64,000 bases of DNA from assembly GCA_965202805.1 (NCBI GenBank), contig OZ241869.1, forward strand, positions 2,752,001-2,816,000, given 5' to 3'. Positions 38,120-47,448 of the stretch are shown here, one piece after another (positions within the stretch are counted from its first letter, which is position 1; each line of letters starts with the position of its first letter). This DNA is from Longimicrobiales bacterium. GTDB taxonomy: Bacteria > Gemmatimonadota > Gemmatimonadetes > Longimicrobiales > Gaopeijiaceae. The position numbers and the translations under genes are program-made. Under the pieces are notes generated by a model, which was not told the DNA's origin, ran no database searches, and saw nothing but the letters and a program-made list of their open reading frames with translations.

Positions 38120-38150
38120 GCCGGGCCCAGCCGGTCGCAGCAGTTCCGCG

Positions 38151-38191
38151 AACCCTCCCCGGGGAGCGATCTCCGGGGAGGGTTGGTCTTT
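38151..38191 (+). terminator. Putative intrinsic terminator
   Basis: AACCCTCCCCGGGGA-GCGA-TCTCCGGGGAGGGTT stem-loop followed by GGTCTTT. Confidence 0.55.
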
Positions 38192-38285
38192 GCGCTCGAC
38201 ATGCGACCGGTCGGGCGGCACGCCCGTGCGCGCACTACAATGACGGGGCATCCTCCATCCCGACCCAGCAATCCGGAACACACAG

Positions 38286-40184
38286 ATGCGCGCATCCAGA
38301 CTCGACCGCTCACCCGGGCGCCCGGGTACCAGCGTCCGGCCATACCGGGCCGGCCCTCCTGCCGCGCTCCTCGCCACCGTCCTGCTGCTCGGCGCAGCCG
38401 CGTGCGGGCAGGGCACGTCCACGAGCGCGGTCACCCCTGACCGCATCCTGCACAACGGCCGGGTCGTCACCGTCGACGACGACTTCTCGGTCGCCCGGGC
38501 CATCGCCTGGCGCCAGGGTCCGAACGGCTCGGAGATCATGCGGGTCGGCAGCGACGAGGAGGTCCTCGCCCTCGCCGGCCCCGACACCCGTACGACCGAT
38601 CTGGAGGGACGCGTCGTCCTGCCCGGCCTGATCGACTCCCACCTCCATTTCTCACAGCTGGGCATCGAAGCGGCGTTCGAGAACGACCTGCGCTACGCGA
38701 TGAGCACCGACGAGATCACTCAGCTTGTCGCCGACCTCATGGAGCGCCTCGACCCCGAGCCGGGCGAGTGGGTCACGAGCCGGGGCTGGGACGAACACAA
38801 GTACGAGAGGCCCTTCACCCGCTGGCAGATCGACGAGCACACCCCCGAAAACCCCGTTCGCCTGGGCCGGGTCTACCGCGGCGTCGCGGTCAATACCGCC
38901 GCCTTCCGCCTCATGGGCATCGACGACTCCGACTCCTCCACCTGGCCCGACTGGTGGCTCCAGGACCTGGACTGGTTCAACTACGAGGACAGGGTCTTCC
39001 GCGAGATGCGCACCCTGACGGTGGACGGCCGGACGCGTGAAGTGGAGGTCCCCACGGGGATGTTCCTGGGCAACGCGACGCGGCTGGTCACGGTGAGCCC
39101 GCCGCAGCGGGACTACGAGGCGCAGGTGCGCGCGGTGGACTACGGCAGCCGCGAGATGACGAGCCTGGGCGTGACCGGCATCGTGGACCCGGGCGGAGGA
39201 GGACGGGTGATGCGCGCCTACCAGGACGCCTATGAACGCGGCATGCTCCACTTCCGCATCCTGCAGGTCTACGAGGGCATGTGGAACACCCAGTCCCCCG
39301 AGGAGATCGACGCCCATTTCGCCACCCTCCCCTTCAACAACATCGGCGACCGCTTCCTGCGCTGGCGCGGCACCAAATGGCAGATCGACGGCGGCGCGGG
39401 CACGCGCAGTTCCTGGGTCTCCGTGCCCTTCGTGGACTGGGAGAGCATCGAGGGCGAGCCCAACTACGGGTACCACTGGGTGGAGGACGACGTGCGCGAG
39501 GCGCAGTTGCGTCCGACCGTCGACCGTGGCTGGGAACCCCACATCCACTCCACCGGCGACCTGGGCATGAAGCAGACGGTGGACATCTTCGCAAAGCTGA
39601 TGGACTCCATATGGGCCGAGGACCCCGACGCCGATCTGCGCTGGAGCGTCATCCACGCCTACCTGCCCATGGAAGACGAGACCAGCGTGCTCGACAAGAT
39701 GGCCGAATACGGCATCATCGCCGCGGTCAACCCGTCCTTCATCTACCACCAGGGCCGCTCATTCTCCGCCAACCTGAGCCCGGGGCGCATGGCCCGCCTG
39801 AAGCCGCTGCGCAGCTACCTGGACTCCGGCGTGCGCCTCGCCGTGGGCTCCGACTACGGCACCTCCCCGTACAGCCCCTGGATCGGACTCCATGCCATGC
39901 TCACGCGCACGGATCTCTGGGGAGACCAGCATGGACCGGAGCAGATCATCACGCTGGAAGAGGCGCTGCGCGCGATGACCATCGACAACGCCTGGCTGAC
40001 CTACTCGGACGACTGGACCGGCAGCCTGGAGCCCGGCAAGGTCGCCGACCTTGTGGTGCTCGACCTCGAGGACCCGTGGGAGCTGGAGCGCGAGCCGGAC
40101 CGGATCCTGGAGATGGGCGACCGCGTCCTGCTCACTCTGGTGGACGGCAACGCCGCCTTCCGGAGGGCGGGGTTCGAATACTGA
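38286..40184 (+). CDS. Amidohydrolase_3 (YtcJ-like) family protein, probable lipoprotein
   Basis: PGLIDSHLH, KWQIDG, HSTGD, VIHA, GSD and GSLEPGKVADL motifs, with a GAAAC lipobox. Confidence 0.9.
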   Translation: MRASRLDRSPGRPGTSVRPYRAGPPAALLATVLLLGAAACGQGTSTSAVTPDRILHNGRVVTVDDDFSVARAIAWRQGPNGSEIMRVGSDEEVLALAGPDTRTTDLEGRVVLPGLIDSHLHFSQLGIEAAFENDLRYAMSTDEITQLVADLMERLDPEPGEWVTSRGWDEHKYERPFTRWQIDEHTPENPVRLGRVYRGVAVNTAAFRLMGIDDSDSSTWPDWWLQDLDWFNYEDRVFREMRTLTVDGRTREVEVPTGMFLGNATRLVTVSPPQRDYEAQVRAVDYGSREMTSLGVTGIVDPGGGGRVMRAYQDAYERGMLHFRILQVYEGMWNTQSPEEIDAHFATLPFNNIGDRFLRWRGTKWQIDGGAGTRSSWVSVPFVDWESIEGEPNYGYHWVEDDVREAQLRPTVDRGWEPHIHSTGDLGMKQTVDIFAKLMDSIWAEDPDADLRWSVIHAYLPMEDETSVLDKMAEYGIIAAVNPSFIYHQGRSFSANLSPGRMARLKPLRSYLDSGVRLAVGSDYGTSPYSPWIGLHAMLTRTDLWGDQHGPEQIITLEEALRAMTIDNAWLTYSDDWTGSLEPGKVADLVVLDLEDPWELEREPDRILEMGDRVLLTLVDGNAAFRRAGFEY

Positions 40185-40305
40185 CCCGCGCCTGCGCCGG
40201 GCACGCACGAACATGGGAGGACCACGTTACTCGTGTGGCCGGAGTTCGGGCGGTCGGCCCTGCAGCCCGGTCCCGCTGTCCCGGAGGAGGGTATCGCTTC
40301 GTTTG

Positions 40306-40332
40306 TTAGCTTAGTCCGATAAACTAAGCTAA
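40306..40332. repeat. AT-rich inverted repeat TTAGCTTAGT-N7-ACTAAGCTAA between convergent genes
   Basis: Perfect 10-bp arms with spacer CCGATAA; related to 16654-16676. Confidence 0.75.
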
Positions 40333-41231
40333 TTCGCTCCGGCGATCGCTTCCCTGATCAGCTCCACGGTCTTGTTGTTGCGCCACTCCATCAGCTGCTC
40401 GCCGAGGGCGATGGTCTCCTCCATTGGGGCGATCGAGACACCGTTGATGGTGGCCTTGCCGGCGGCAACCCGCTCGTCGTAACGCACCGACGAGGGGTCG
40501 ACGGTCATCTGCATCGAGGTCAGCCAGTACGTGTCGTGGTAGCCTTCGCTGGGTCCCTCCTCGACGCCCAGTTCGTTCATGCGCGCCACCACGCCGGCGT
40601 TGTCGTAATAGCCCGCGATGTGGTGCGCCTTGGTCTCGCCCCAGCGCTCGTTCAGGGCGGCGGCCGCGGCAGCCATGCCGGTCTGGTTTCCGCCGCTGTC
40701 GCCGATGTAGATGATGTGCTCGAACCCGTGCACGTGCAGGCTGTGCCCCACGTCCTCGAGCATCATCTGAAAGGTCTCGTCGCGCACGGTGAGCGTACCG
40801 GGATAGCGCATGTGCCCGGTTTTGGGCTCGAATCCGCCCTCCGGCACCAGCTTGATTATCGGCGTGCAGAGCGCGTTGCCGAGTTCGCGCGCTATGGCGT
40901 CGCACGCCCCTTCGAGCACGTAGTTGTGCTTCCCGAGGGCGACGTAGGGCCCGTTCTGCTCGACGCCGCCCGTGGGAATGATGGCGGTGGTCTTCCCGGC
41001 GGCCATCGCGTCTCGCACCTCGATCCAGGTCAGCTCCTCGATCCAGACCGAGTTCAGCGGAGCGATGGGGTTTTCCATGCGGAGCTCGGCCTGGAAAGCG
41101 GCCTCCCGCTCCTCTGGAGTGGGCGCCTGCACGGCGTTGGGAGGCTGCGAATCCGGATCCTGGCCGGGTCGCATGACGAGAAACGCGACCGCCGCCAGGA
41201 TGAGAACCGATATGGCGGACCATGCTTTCAT
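40329..41231 (-). CDS. Exported or membrane-anchored creatininase-like protein
   Basis: AAGGAG RBS, N-terminal hydrophobic helix, WIEELTW, TGGVEQNGPY, GKHN and GDSGGNQ. Confidence 0.85.
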   Translation of the reverse strand: MKAWSAISVLILAAVAFLVMRPGQDPDSQPPNAVQAPTPEEREAAFQAELRMENPIAPLNSVWIEELTWIEVRDAMAAGKTTAIIPTGGVEQNGPYVALGKHNYVLEGACDAIARELGNALCTPIIKLVPEGGFEPKTGHMRYPGTLTVRDETFQMMLEDVGHSLHVHGFEHIIYIGDSGGNQTGMAAAAAALNERWGETKAHHIAGYYDNAGVVARMNELGVEEGPSEGYHDTYWLTSMQMTVDPSSVRYDERVAAGKATINGVSIAPMEETIALGEQLMEWRNNKTVELIREAIAGAN

Positions 41232-41531
41232 CTTGATGCTCCTTGTGCGCGTAAGGCATGCCGGGCCACGTCCTGTCGGCCCGTCCGCCCCTGGTACCGG
41301 AGGGGCGTACCGGCACGTTAGCACACGGCGCTCAATCGTGCGAGACGCCCTCGCGTACGCGCACGCTCGCGCCCGAATCCCGCGCGATTGTTGCGGAACC
41401 GCAACCTGACGCAGTACTGTGTATGCTGGCCAGTCGTCTCCTGGCGCCGTGCGCCGTCCCCGGGCGGCGACGGTGCAGGTCAGGAAGGCCGGTCCGAGTA
41501 CAGCGACGCACAATCCGGAAGGGCAGATGCC

Positions 41532-43982
41532 ATGAGACTCCACTTCGCCAGCGTGTTGGCGCTCGCAGGCCTGGCCGCGGCCGTCGGGCATCAGTCCGGG
41601 ACGGTGCCGGACCAGAACCTCGAGCCCGTCGCACTTTCCTCAGCCGTCGAAGTCGCCCCGGACGCTTCGCCCGAGGACCTGACGGGCGTCGTGCGCATGT
41701 ATTGCCAGGTCTGCCACAACGACGCCCTGCTGACGGGCAATCTCACCCTGGCCGCCTTCCACGTCGAAGACGCCCCGCAGTCTGCCGAGACGGCGGAGAA
41801 GATGATCCGCAAGCTGCGCGCGGGCATGATGCCCCCGCCCGGAATGCCGCGGCCCGCCGGCGACACCCTGGTCATGCTGGTGGAGACGCTCGAACAGCTC
41901 ATCGACGAAGCCGCCGCGGACAACCCGATGCCGGGCAATCGGTCCTTCCAGCGTCTGAACCGGGCGGAGTACGCGGCATCCGTCCGTGACCTGCTCGACC
42001 TCGAAATCGACGGCGGCGACTATCTGCCGCTCGACACCAAGAGCGCGAACTTCGACAACATCGCCGACGTTCAGATGCTCTCCCCGACCAACCTGGACGC
42101 CTACCTGCGCGCCGCCGACGAGATCAGCCGGCTGGCGGTGGGCATACCCGACGCGCCCAGCAATTCGGTGACCTATACCAATTCGGGATACGCATCGCAG
42201 TGGGATCGCGTGCCCGGCGCGCCCCGCGGCACTCGCGGAGGCGTCAGCGTGGTGCACAACTTCCCGGCGGACGGCGAGTACACCTTCCAGCTCTGGTTCG
42301 AGCACACCACGACCGGCGAGATCACCGGCGGCGTGACCCCCGGCGAACAGATCGAGATCTCCCTGGACGGCGAGCCCCTGTTGCTGCTCGAGGTGGATCG
42401 CTGGATGCACGTCGCCGACCCCAACGGCATGAGCTTCACCACCGAGCCCTTCCATGTGACCGCGGGACCGCATCGGGTGAGCGCGGTCTTCATTCGGGCC
42501 ACGGACGGCCCCGTCGAGGACATCCTTTCGCCTCATGACTGGTCGCTCAGCGACCGCAAGATCGGGAGCGGCAGCGGCTACGGCATCACCGTGCTGGCGC
42601 ATCTGAAGGACCTGGTCATCCTGGGCCCCGAGAACCCGACCGGGATTTCGGAAACGCCCAGCCGCCGCGCCATTTTCAGTTGCAGGCCGTCGTCTCCGGC
42701 CGAGACGCGCCCCTGCGCCCGCGAGATCGTGGAACGGCTCGGCAGCAAGGCGTTCCGGCGTCCGCTGGAAGCCTCTGAAGTCGAGTCGCTGATGGCCTTC
42801 TACGACCTGAAGGCCGAAGAGGGGTTCGAGGACGGCGTTCGCACGGCGCTCCAGGCGATTCTGGCCAGCCCCGACTTCGTGTTCCGGGTCGAGGAAACGC
42901 CGGCGGGGGCACGGGCGGGCGACCTGTATCCCATCTCCGATCTCGATCTGGCTTCGCGACTGTCGTACTTCCTGTGGGGGACGCTTCCCGACGAGACGCT
43001 GGTTGACCTGGCCGACCGGGGTCAACTCTCCGATCCGGCCACGTTGCGCGCGCAGCTGAAGCGCATGCTCGCCGATCCGCGTGCCGAGGCGCTCGGCTCG
43101 CGCTTTGCCGCGCAGTGGCTGCGGCTCGAGGACCTGGAGAAAGTCAATCCCGATCGCCTGCTCTTCCCCGATTACCACGAACAGCTCGGCAACGCGATGC
43201 TGGCCGAGACCGAGCTCTTCTTCAACAACATCGTCCAGGAGGACCGCAGCGTCCTGGAGCTCTTCATGGCGGACTACACGTTCGTCAACGAGCGGCTCGC
43301 CAGACACTACGGCATTCCCGGCGTCGCGGGCGAGGCCTTCCGGCGGGTGCAGTATCCCGACGACCGGCGCCGCGGGCTGTTCGGACACGGCAGCATCCTC
43401 ACCCTCACCTCCCACGCCAACCGCACCTCCCCGGTGCTGCGCGGCAAGTGGGTGATGGAGGTGATGCTGGGCACGCCGCCGCCGCCGCCGCCGCCCGGGG
43501 TTCCGGATCTCGATCAGACCGAGAGCAGCGATGGCGGCCGCATGCTCACGACGCGCGAGCGCATGGAGCGGCACCGGGCCAGCCCGGTGTGCGCCGCCTG
43601 CCACCAGTTCATGGACCCGATCGGCCTTGCGCTGGACAACTACGACGTGACCGGCAAGTGGCGCATCCGGGAGAACAGCATGCCGCTGGATACGCGGGGC
43701 ACTCTCTGGGACGGCACCCCGGTGGAGAGCCCGGCCGCGCTTCAGGAAGCGCTCCTCAAGCGCCCGATTCCCCTGATTCGCAACTTCACGGTGAACCTGA
43801 TGGCCTATGGCCTTGGCCGCCGGGTCGAGTATTACGACATGCCCGAGATCCGGGCGATCGTAGCGGCGGCGGAAGCCAACGACTACAGGATGTCCTCTTT
43901 CCTGACCGGTGTCATCGAGAGCGAGGCCTTCCTCTACAGCCAGGTGCCGGATGTCGTCGTCGAGGAGGCGCAGAGCAGATAA
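41532..43982 (+). CDS. DUF1592/DUF1588 (PSD/PSCyt) domain protein with two CxxCH motifs
   Basis: CQVCH, RLNRAEY, LASRLSYFLW, TSPVLRGKWV, CAACH and DPIGLALDNYD. Confidence 0.9.
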   Translation: MRLHFASVLALAGLAAAVGHQSGTVPDQNLEPVALSSAVEVAPDASPEDLTGVVRMYCQVCHNDALLTGNLTLAAFHVEDAPQSAETAEKMIRKLRAGMMPPPGMPRPAGDTLVMLVETLEQLIDEAAADNPMPGNRSFQRLNRAEYAASVRDLLDLEIDGGDYLPLDTKSANFDNIADVQMLSPTNLDAYLRAADEISRLAVGIPDAPSNSVTYTNSGYASQWDRVPGAPRGTRGGVSVVHNFPADGEYTFQLWFEHTTTGEITGGVTPGEQIEISLDGEPLLLLEVDRWMHVADPNGMSFTTEPFHVTAGPHRVSAVFIRATDGPVEDILSPHDWSLSDRKIGSGSGYGITVLAHLKDLVILGPENPTGISETPSRRAIFSCRPSSPAETRPCAREIVERLGSKAFRRPLEASEVESLMAFYDLKAEEGFEDGVRTALQAILASPDFVFRVEETPAGARAGDLYPISDLDLASRLSYFLWGTLPDETLVDLADRGQLSDPATLRAQLKRMLADPRAEALGSRFAAQWLRLEDLEKVNPDRLLFPDYHEQLGNAMLAETELFFNNIVQEDRSVLELFMADYTFVNERLARHYGIPGVAGEAFRRVQYPDDRRRGLFGHGSILTLTSHANRTSPVLRGKWVMEVMLGTPPPPPPPGVPDLDQTESSDGGRMLTTRERMERHRASPVCAACHQFMDPIGLALDNYDVTGKWRIRENSMPLDTRGTLWDGTPVESPAALQEALLKRPIPLIRNFTVNLMAYGLGRRVEYYDMPEIRAIVAAAEANDYRMSSFLTGVIESEAFLYSQVPDVVVEEAQSR

Positions 43983-44104
43983 CCGCGATCGCGATCCGGA
44001 GCGATGAGCCCTGGAGGGCCCAGCCGGGATCGCGCGATACGGATACAGAGAGAGTCGCTTCGCCGACCGCGAAGCTCACATCGCAGGACCGAGGGAGAAA
44101 AACG

Positions 44105-45529
44105 ATGAGACTGATCACGGGCAAGCACATTCCGCGCCGCATCTTCCTGAAAGGCATGGGAGCGACCGTGGCCCTGCCGCTGCTGGATTCCATGATTCCC
44201 GCCGGGCTGCGCGGTGCGGAGGCGGTTCGCGAGCTGGACGCCACACGCCTGATCGCGATGGAGATGTCGCACGGGGCGGCCGGCTGCACCACGTGGGGCG
44301 CGAAGCAGAACTTCTGGAGCCCTTCGACGACCGGCCACGACTTCGACCTGTCGCCGACGTCCCTGCGCAGCCTGGAGCCGTGGCGCAAGTACCTCACCAT
44401 CGTCAGCAACACCGACGTGAAGATGGCCGAGGCCTTCATCCCCGAAGAGATCGGCGGTGACCACTTCCGTTCCACCGCGACCTTCCTGACGCAGGCGCAC
44501 GTCAAGCAGACGGAAGGCTCGGATGTCTACGTGGGCGCGTCGCTGGACCAGATCTACGCGGACCGCTTCGGCCAGGACACGCCCATCCCCTCGATGCAAC
44601 TGTGTATCGAGAACATCAACCAGGCCGGGGGTTGCGCGTACGGCTACACCTGCGTGTACACGGACTCGCTGAGCTGGGCATCCCCGACGGAGCCGCTCCC
44701 GGTGATCCGCGACCCGCGCGTCGCCTTCGAACAGCTCTTCGGGGCCGGCTCGACGGCGGAAGAGCGGCTGGCGCGACGCTCCACCAACCGCAGCATCCTC
44801 GACTGGATCGCGGAGCGGGTGGCGCAGATGCGGCAAACGCTCGGACCCGGCGACCGGCAGCGCATGGACCAGTATCTGGAGAACGTGCGCGAGATCGAGC
44901 GCCGCATCCAGATGGTCGAGGAGCGCAACACCGGCGGCGATCCGCGCGACATGCCGGAGGCGCCCGCCGGCGTGCCGGATTCCTTCAGCGAACACATGCA
45001 GATGATGTTCGACCTGCAGGTGCTGGCGTTCCAGACCGACATGACGCGCGTGTTCTCGTTCAAGCTGTCGCGTGATTCCTCGGCGCGCACCTTCCCGGAG
45101 AGCGGCGTCGACACCCCGTTCCACCCGGCCTCCCACCACGGGGACAGCGAGGAGGCGATCGCGGACTTCGCGGTGATCAACAACTACCACGTCAGCATGC
45201 TCCCGTACCTGATGGAGAAGCTGAACAAGGTCGAGGAGATCGACGGAACCCTGCTCGACAAGAGCATGATCATCTACGGCTCGCCGATGGGCGACCCGAA
45301 CGTGCACAACCACCTGAGGGTGCCGTTCATCGTCCTGGGCGGGGCCAACGGGCAGATGGACGGCAACGTGCACCTGCACGCGCCCGAGGGCACGCCTCTG
45401 GCGAACGTGATGCTCACCCTGCTGCACAAGCTGGGGCACACCGACCTCACCAGCTTCGGCGACAGCACGGGAGCCTTCAGCCTGGGATACTCGGGCGAGC
45501 TGGCCGCCGACGCCGCCTCGTCGAGCTGA
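44105..45529 (+). CDS. DUF1552 domain protein
   Basis: RRIFLKG Tat-like leader, LPLLDSM, GGDH, GCAYGYTCVY, FHPASHH and NVHNH; always found next to DUF1592 genes. Confidence 0.88.
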   Translation: MRLITGKHIPRRIFLKGMGATVALPLLDSMIPAGLRGAEAVRELDATRLIAMEMSHGAAGCTTWGAKQNFWSPSTTGHDFDLSPTSLRSLEPWRKYLTIVSNTDVKMAEAFIPEEIGGDHFRSTATFLTQAHVKQTEGSDVYVGASLDQIYADRFGQDTPIPSMQLCIENINQAGGCAYGYTCVYTDSLSWASPTEPLPVIRDPRVAFEQLFGAGSTAEERLARRSTNRSILDWIAERVAQMRQTLGPGDRQRMDQYLENVREIERRIQMVEERNTGGDPRDMPEAPAGVPDSFSEHMQMMFDLQVLAFQTDMTRVFSFKLSRDSSARTFPESGVDTPFHPASHHGDSEEAIADFAVINNYHVSMLPYLMEKLNKVEEIDGTLLDKSMIIYGSPMGDPNVHNHLRVPFIVLGGANGQMDGNVHLHAPEGTPLANVMLTLLHKLGHTDLTSFGDSTGAFSLGYSGELAADAASSS

Positions 45530-45537
45530 GGCGTCCG

Positions 45538-47340
45538 GTGAGAAGCAAGGCCCATGTGAACGCGTGGCTTCCGGCGGTGATGCTCGCCCTCCTGTGGGCG
45601 GCGCCACCGCCGGAATCACCGGTTGCCGATGCCGCAATGCGCGACGACATCGACGCGGTGCGTTCACTGCTCGAGGAGGGCGCCGAGGTCAACCTGGCCC
45701 AGAGCGACGGCATGACCGCGCTTCACTGGGCCACCGAGCTGGGCAACGTGGAGTTGGTCCGCCTGCTCGTCGACGCGGGAGCCGACCTCGAAGCGCCTAC
45801 CCGCATCGGCGACGTCACTCCACTGCACATCGGCGCTGAACTGGGACACGGCGGCACCGTGCGCGCCCTCCTGGAAGCGGGTGCGAACGCGGAATCGCGC
45901 AACACCAACGGAACCACCCCCCTACATTTCGCGGCCCTGTCCGGGAACGTGGAAATCGTGGCGGCGCTGACCGATCACGGGGCCGACGTCAACGCCCGCG
46001 AGGCCAGGTGGGGCCAGACCCCGCTGATGTTCGCGGCCTCCCGCAACCGCGTGCCCGCGATCGACGCGTTGATCGACCGGGGAGCGGAGGTGGGCATCAC
46101 CAGCAAGGTCGTCCTGTTCCAGGATCTCGCGGACCGCGAGAAGCTCACGGCTGCGGTGCGCGACTCCGTGCTGGAGGTCTACCGGGCCATGTCACCGGAT
46201 CCGGAGACATGGGCGCCGACCCTGGCCCAGACCCAGGAGGCACTGCGCGCCGCGCGCGCCCATGAAGCGGTCGCGCCGGTCGAGGCGTCGGAGGTGGTGC
46301 GCATCGACTGGGATTCCGCGCAGACCGCCGGCAGAGCCCCGACCTCCCAGGAGAGGGCGGGCTATCACGGGGGCCTGACCGCCCTTCTGCACGCCGTGCG
46401 GGAAGGTCACCGCGAAGCTGCAATCACCCTTCTCGAGGGCGGTGCGGACATCAATCAGCCCAGCGGCGGCGACCTGAACACGCCCATCAACAGCGCCATG
46501 ATCAACGGGCACTACGATCTTGGCCTGGAGCTGCTGAAGCGCGGAGCCGACCCGAACGTGGCCAACTACCCGTCGGGCATTACTCCGCTCTACGCGGTCA
46601 TCAACACCCGCTGGGCATCCAAGTCCCGCTACCCGCAGCAGCGTGCCTTCGAGCAGCAGGAGTCGAGCCACATCGAGACGATGAGGGCCCTTCTGGAGGC
46701 GGGGGCGGATGTCAATGCCCGGCTTAGCCTGGATTACTGGTTCCTGGCGTACAACTTCGGCGGGATCGGTGTCAACACCTGGGGCGCCACGCCCTTCTGG
46801 CGGGCGGCGCATGGGCTCGATGTTCCCGCGATGAAACTCCTGGTGGAATTCGGGGCCGATCCGCACATGCCGACCCGGGCGCCGGCCGGAAATCTCTACG
46901 TGGGCCTTGAAATCGAGGCGCCCGAGGAAGACCAGTCCGGCGTTCCGCCCATTCCCCCGGGCGGTCCCGGGACCTACCCGATTCATGCCGCGTCCGGCAA
47001 CTCCGGCGAAGGCGCGGGACGCGCCGGCAACTTCCACCGGCATGTTCCGGACGGCTGGCTGCCCGCGCTGAAGTACCTGGTCGAAGAACTGGGGGCCGAC
47101 GTGACGCTTCGCGACCACCTGGGCTACGGCACCATTCACGGTGCGGCGGGCCGCGGCATGAACGACGTGATCCTCTATCTCGTCGAGCATGGCGCCGATC
47201 CCCTCATCGTGGGACGGTCGGGACGCACGACCGTCGACCTCGCCAACGGCCCCGCAAATGGTCTGACCCCCTTCTATGACACGATCGAATTGCTTGAGGG
47301 CATGGGGGTCATCAACAACCATCTCTGCGTATTCTGCTGA
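45538..47340 (+). CDS. Exported ankyrin-repeat protein
   Basis: Repeated GxT(P/A)LH.A and GADVN motifs, signal-like N-terminus and C-terminal HLCVFC. Confidence 0.9.
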   Translation: MRSKAHVNAWLPAVMLALLWAAPPPESPVADAAMRDDIDAVRSLLEEGAEVNLAQSDGMTALHWATELGNVELVRLLVDAGADLEAPTRIGDVTPLHIGAELGHGGTVRALLEAGANAESRNTNGTTPLHFAALSGNVEIVAALTDHGADVNAREARWGQTPLMFAASRNRVPAIDALIDRGAEVGITSKVVLFQDLADREKLTAAVRDSVLEVYRAMSPDPETWAPTLAQTQEALRAARAHEAVAPVEASEVVRIDWDSAQTAGRAPTSQERAGYHGGLTALLHAVREGHREAAITLLEGGADINQPSGGDLNTPINSAMINGHYDLGLELLKRGADPNVANYPSGITPLYAVINTRWASKSRYPQQRAFEQQESSHIETMRALLEAGADVNARLSLDYWFLAYNFGGIGVNTWGATPFWRAAHGLDVPAMKLLVEFGADPHMPTRAPAGNLYVGLEIEAPEEDQSGVPPIPPGGPGTYPIHAASGNSGEGAGRAGNFHRHVPDGWLPALKYLVEELGADVTLRDHLGYGTIHGAAGRGMNDVILYLVEHGADPLIVGRSGRTTVDLANGPANGLTPFYDTIELLEGMGVINNHLCVFC

Positions 47341-47448
47341 TTCCCCCGCGCGCTCGCGCACGAAACAGAACAAGCGGCCCGTTCGTGCCACCATCCACGA
47401 ACGGGCCCTCTTTCTTGTGAAACTCCGGATCTTCCAATAGGCGCGCGC

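Noticed and set aside
40300..40335. Integron attC or dif site reading of the palindromes and GCTAAC/GTTAGC words
   Set aside because: There is no paired RYYYAAC...GTTRRRY box with an internal stem, no match to XerC/XerD arms, and no integrase.
43470..43500. CCG run encoding poly-proline
   Set aside because: A normal conserved feature of DUF1588-type domains, in frame, and not a phase-variable tract.
47330..47345. Sec read-through at other TGA stops, e.g. ankyrin CVFC-TGA
   Set aside because: The proteins appear complete at those stops, and no domain-like in-frame continuation follows.
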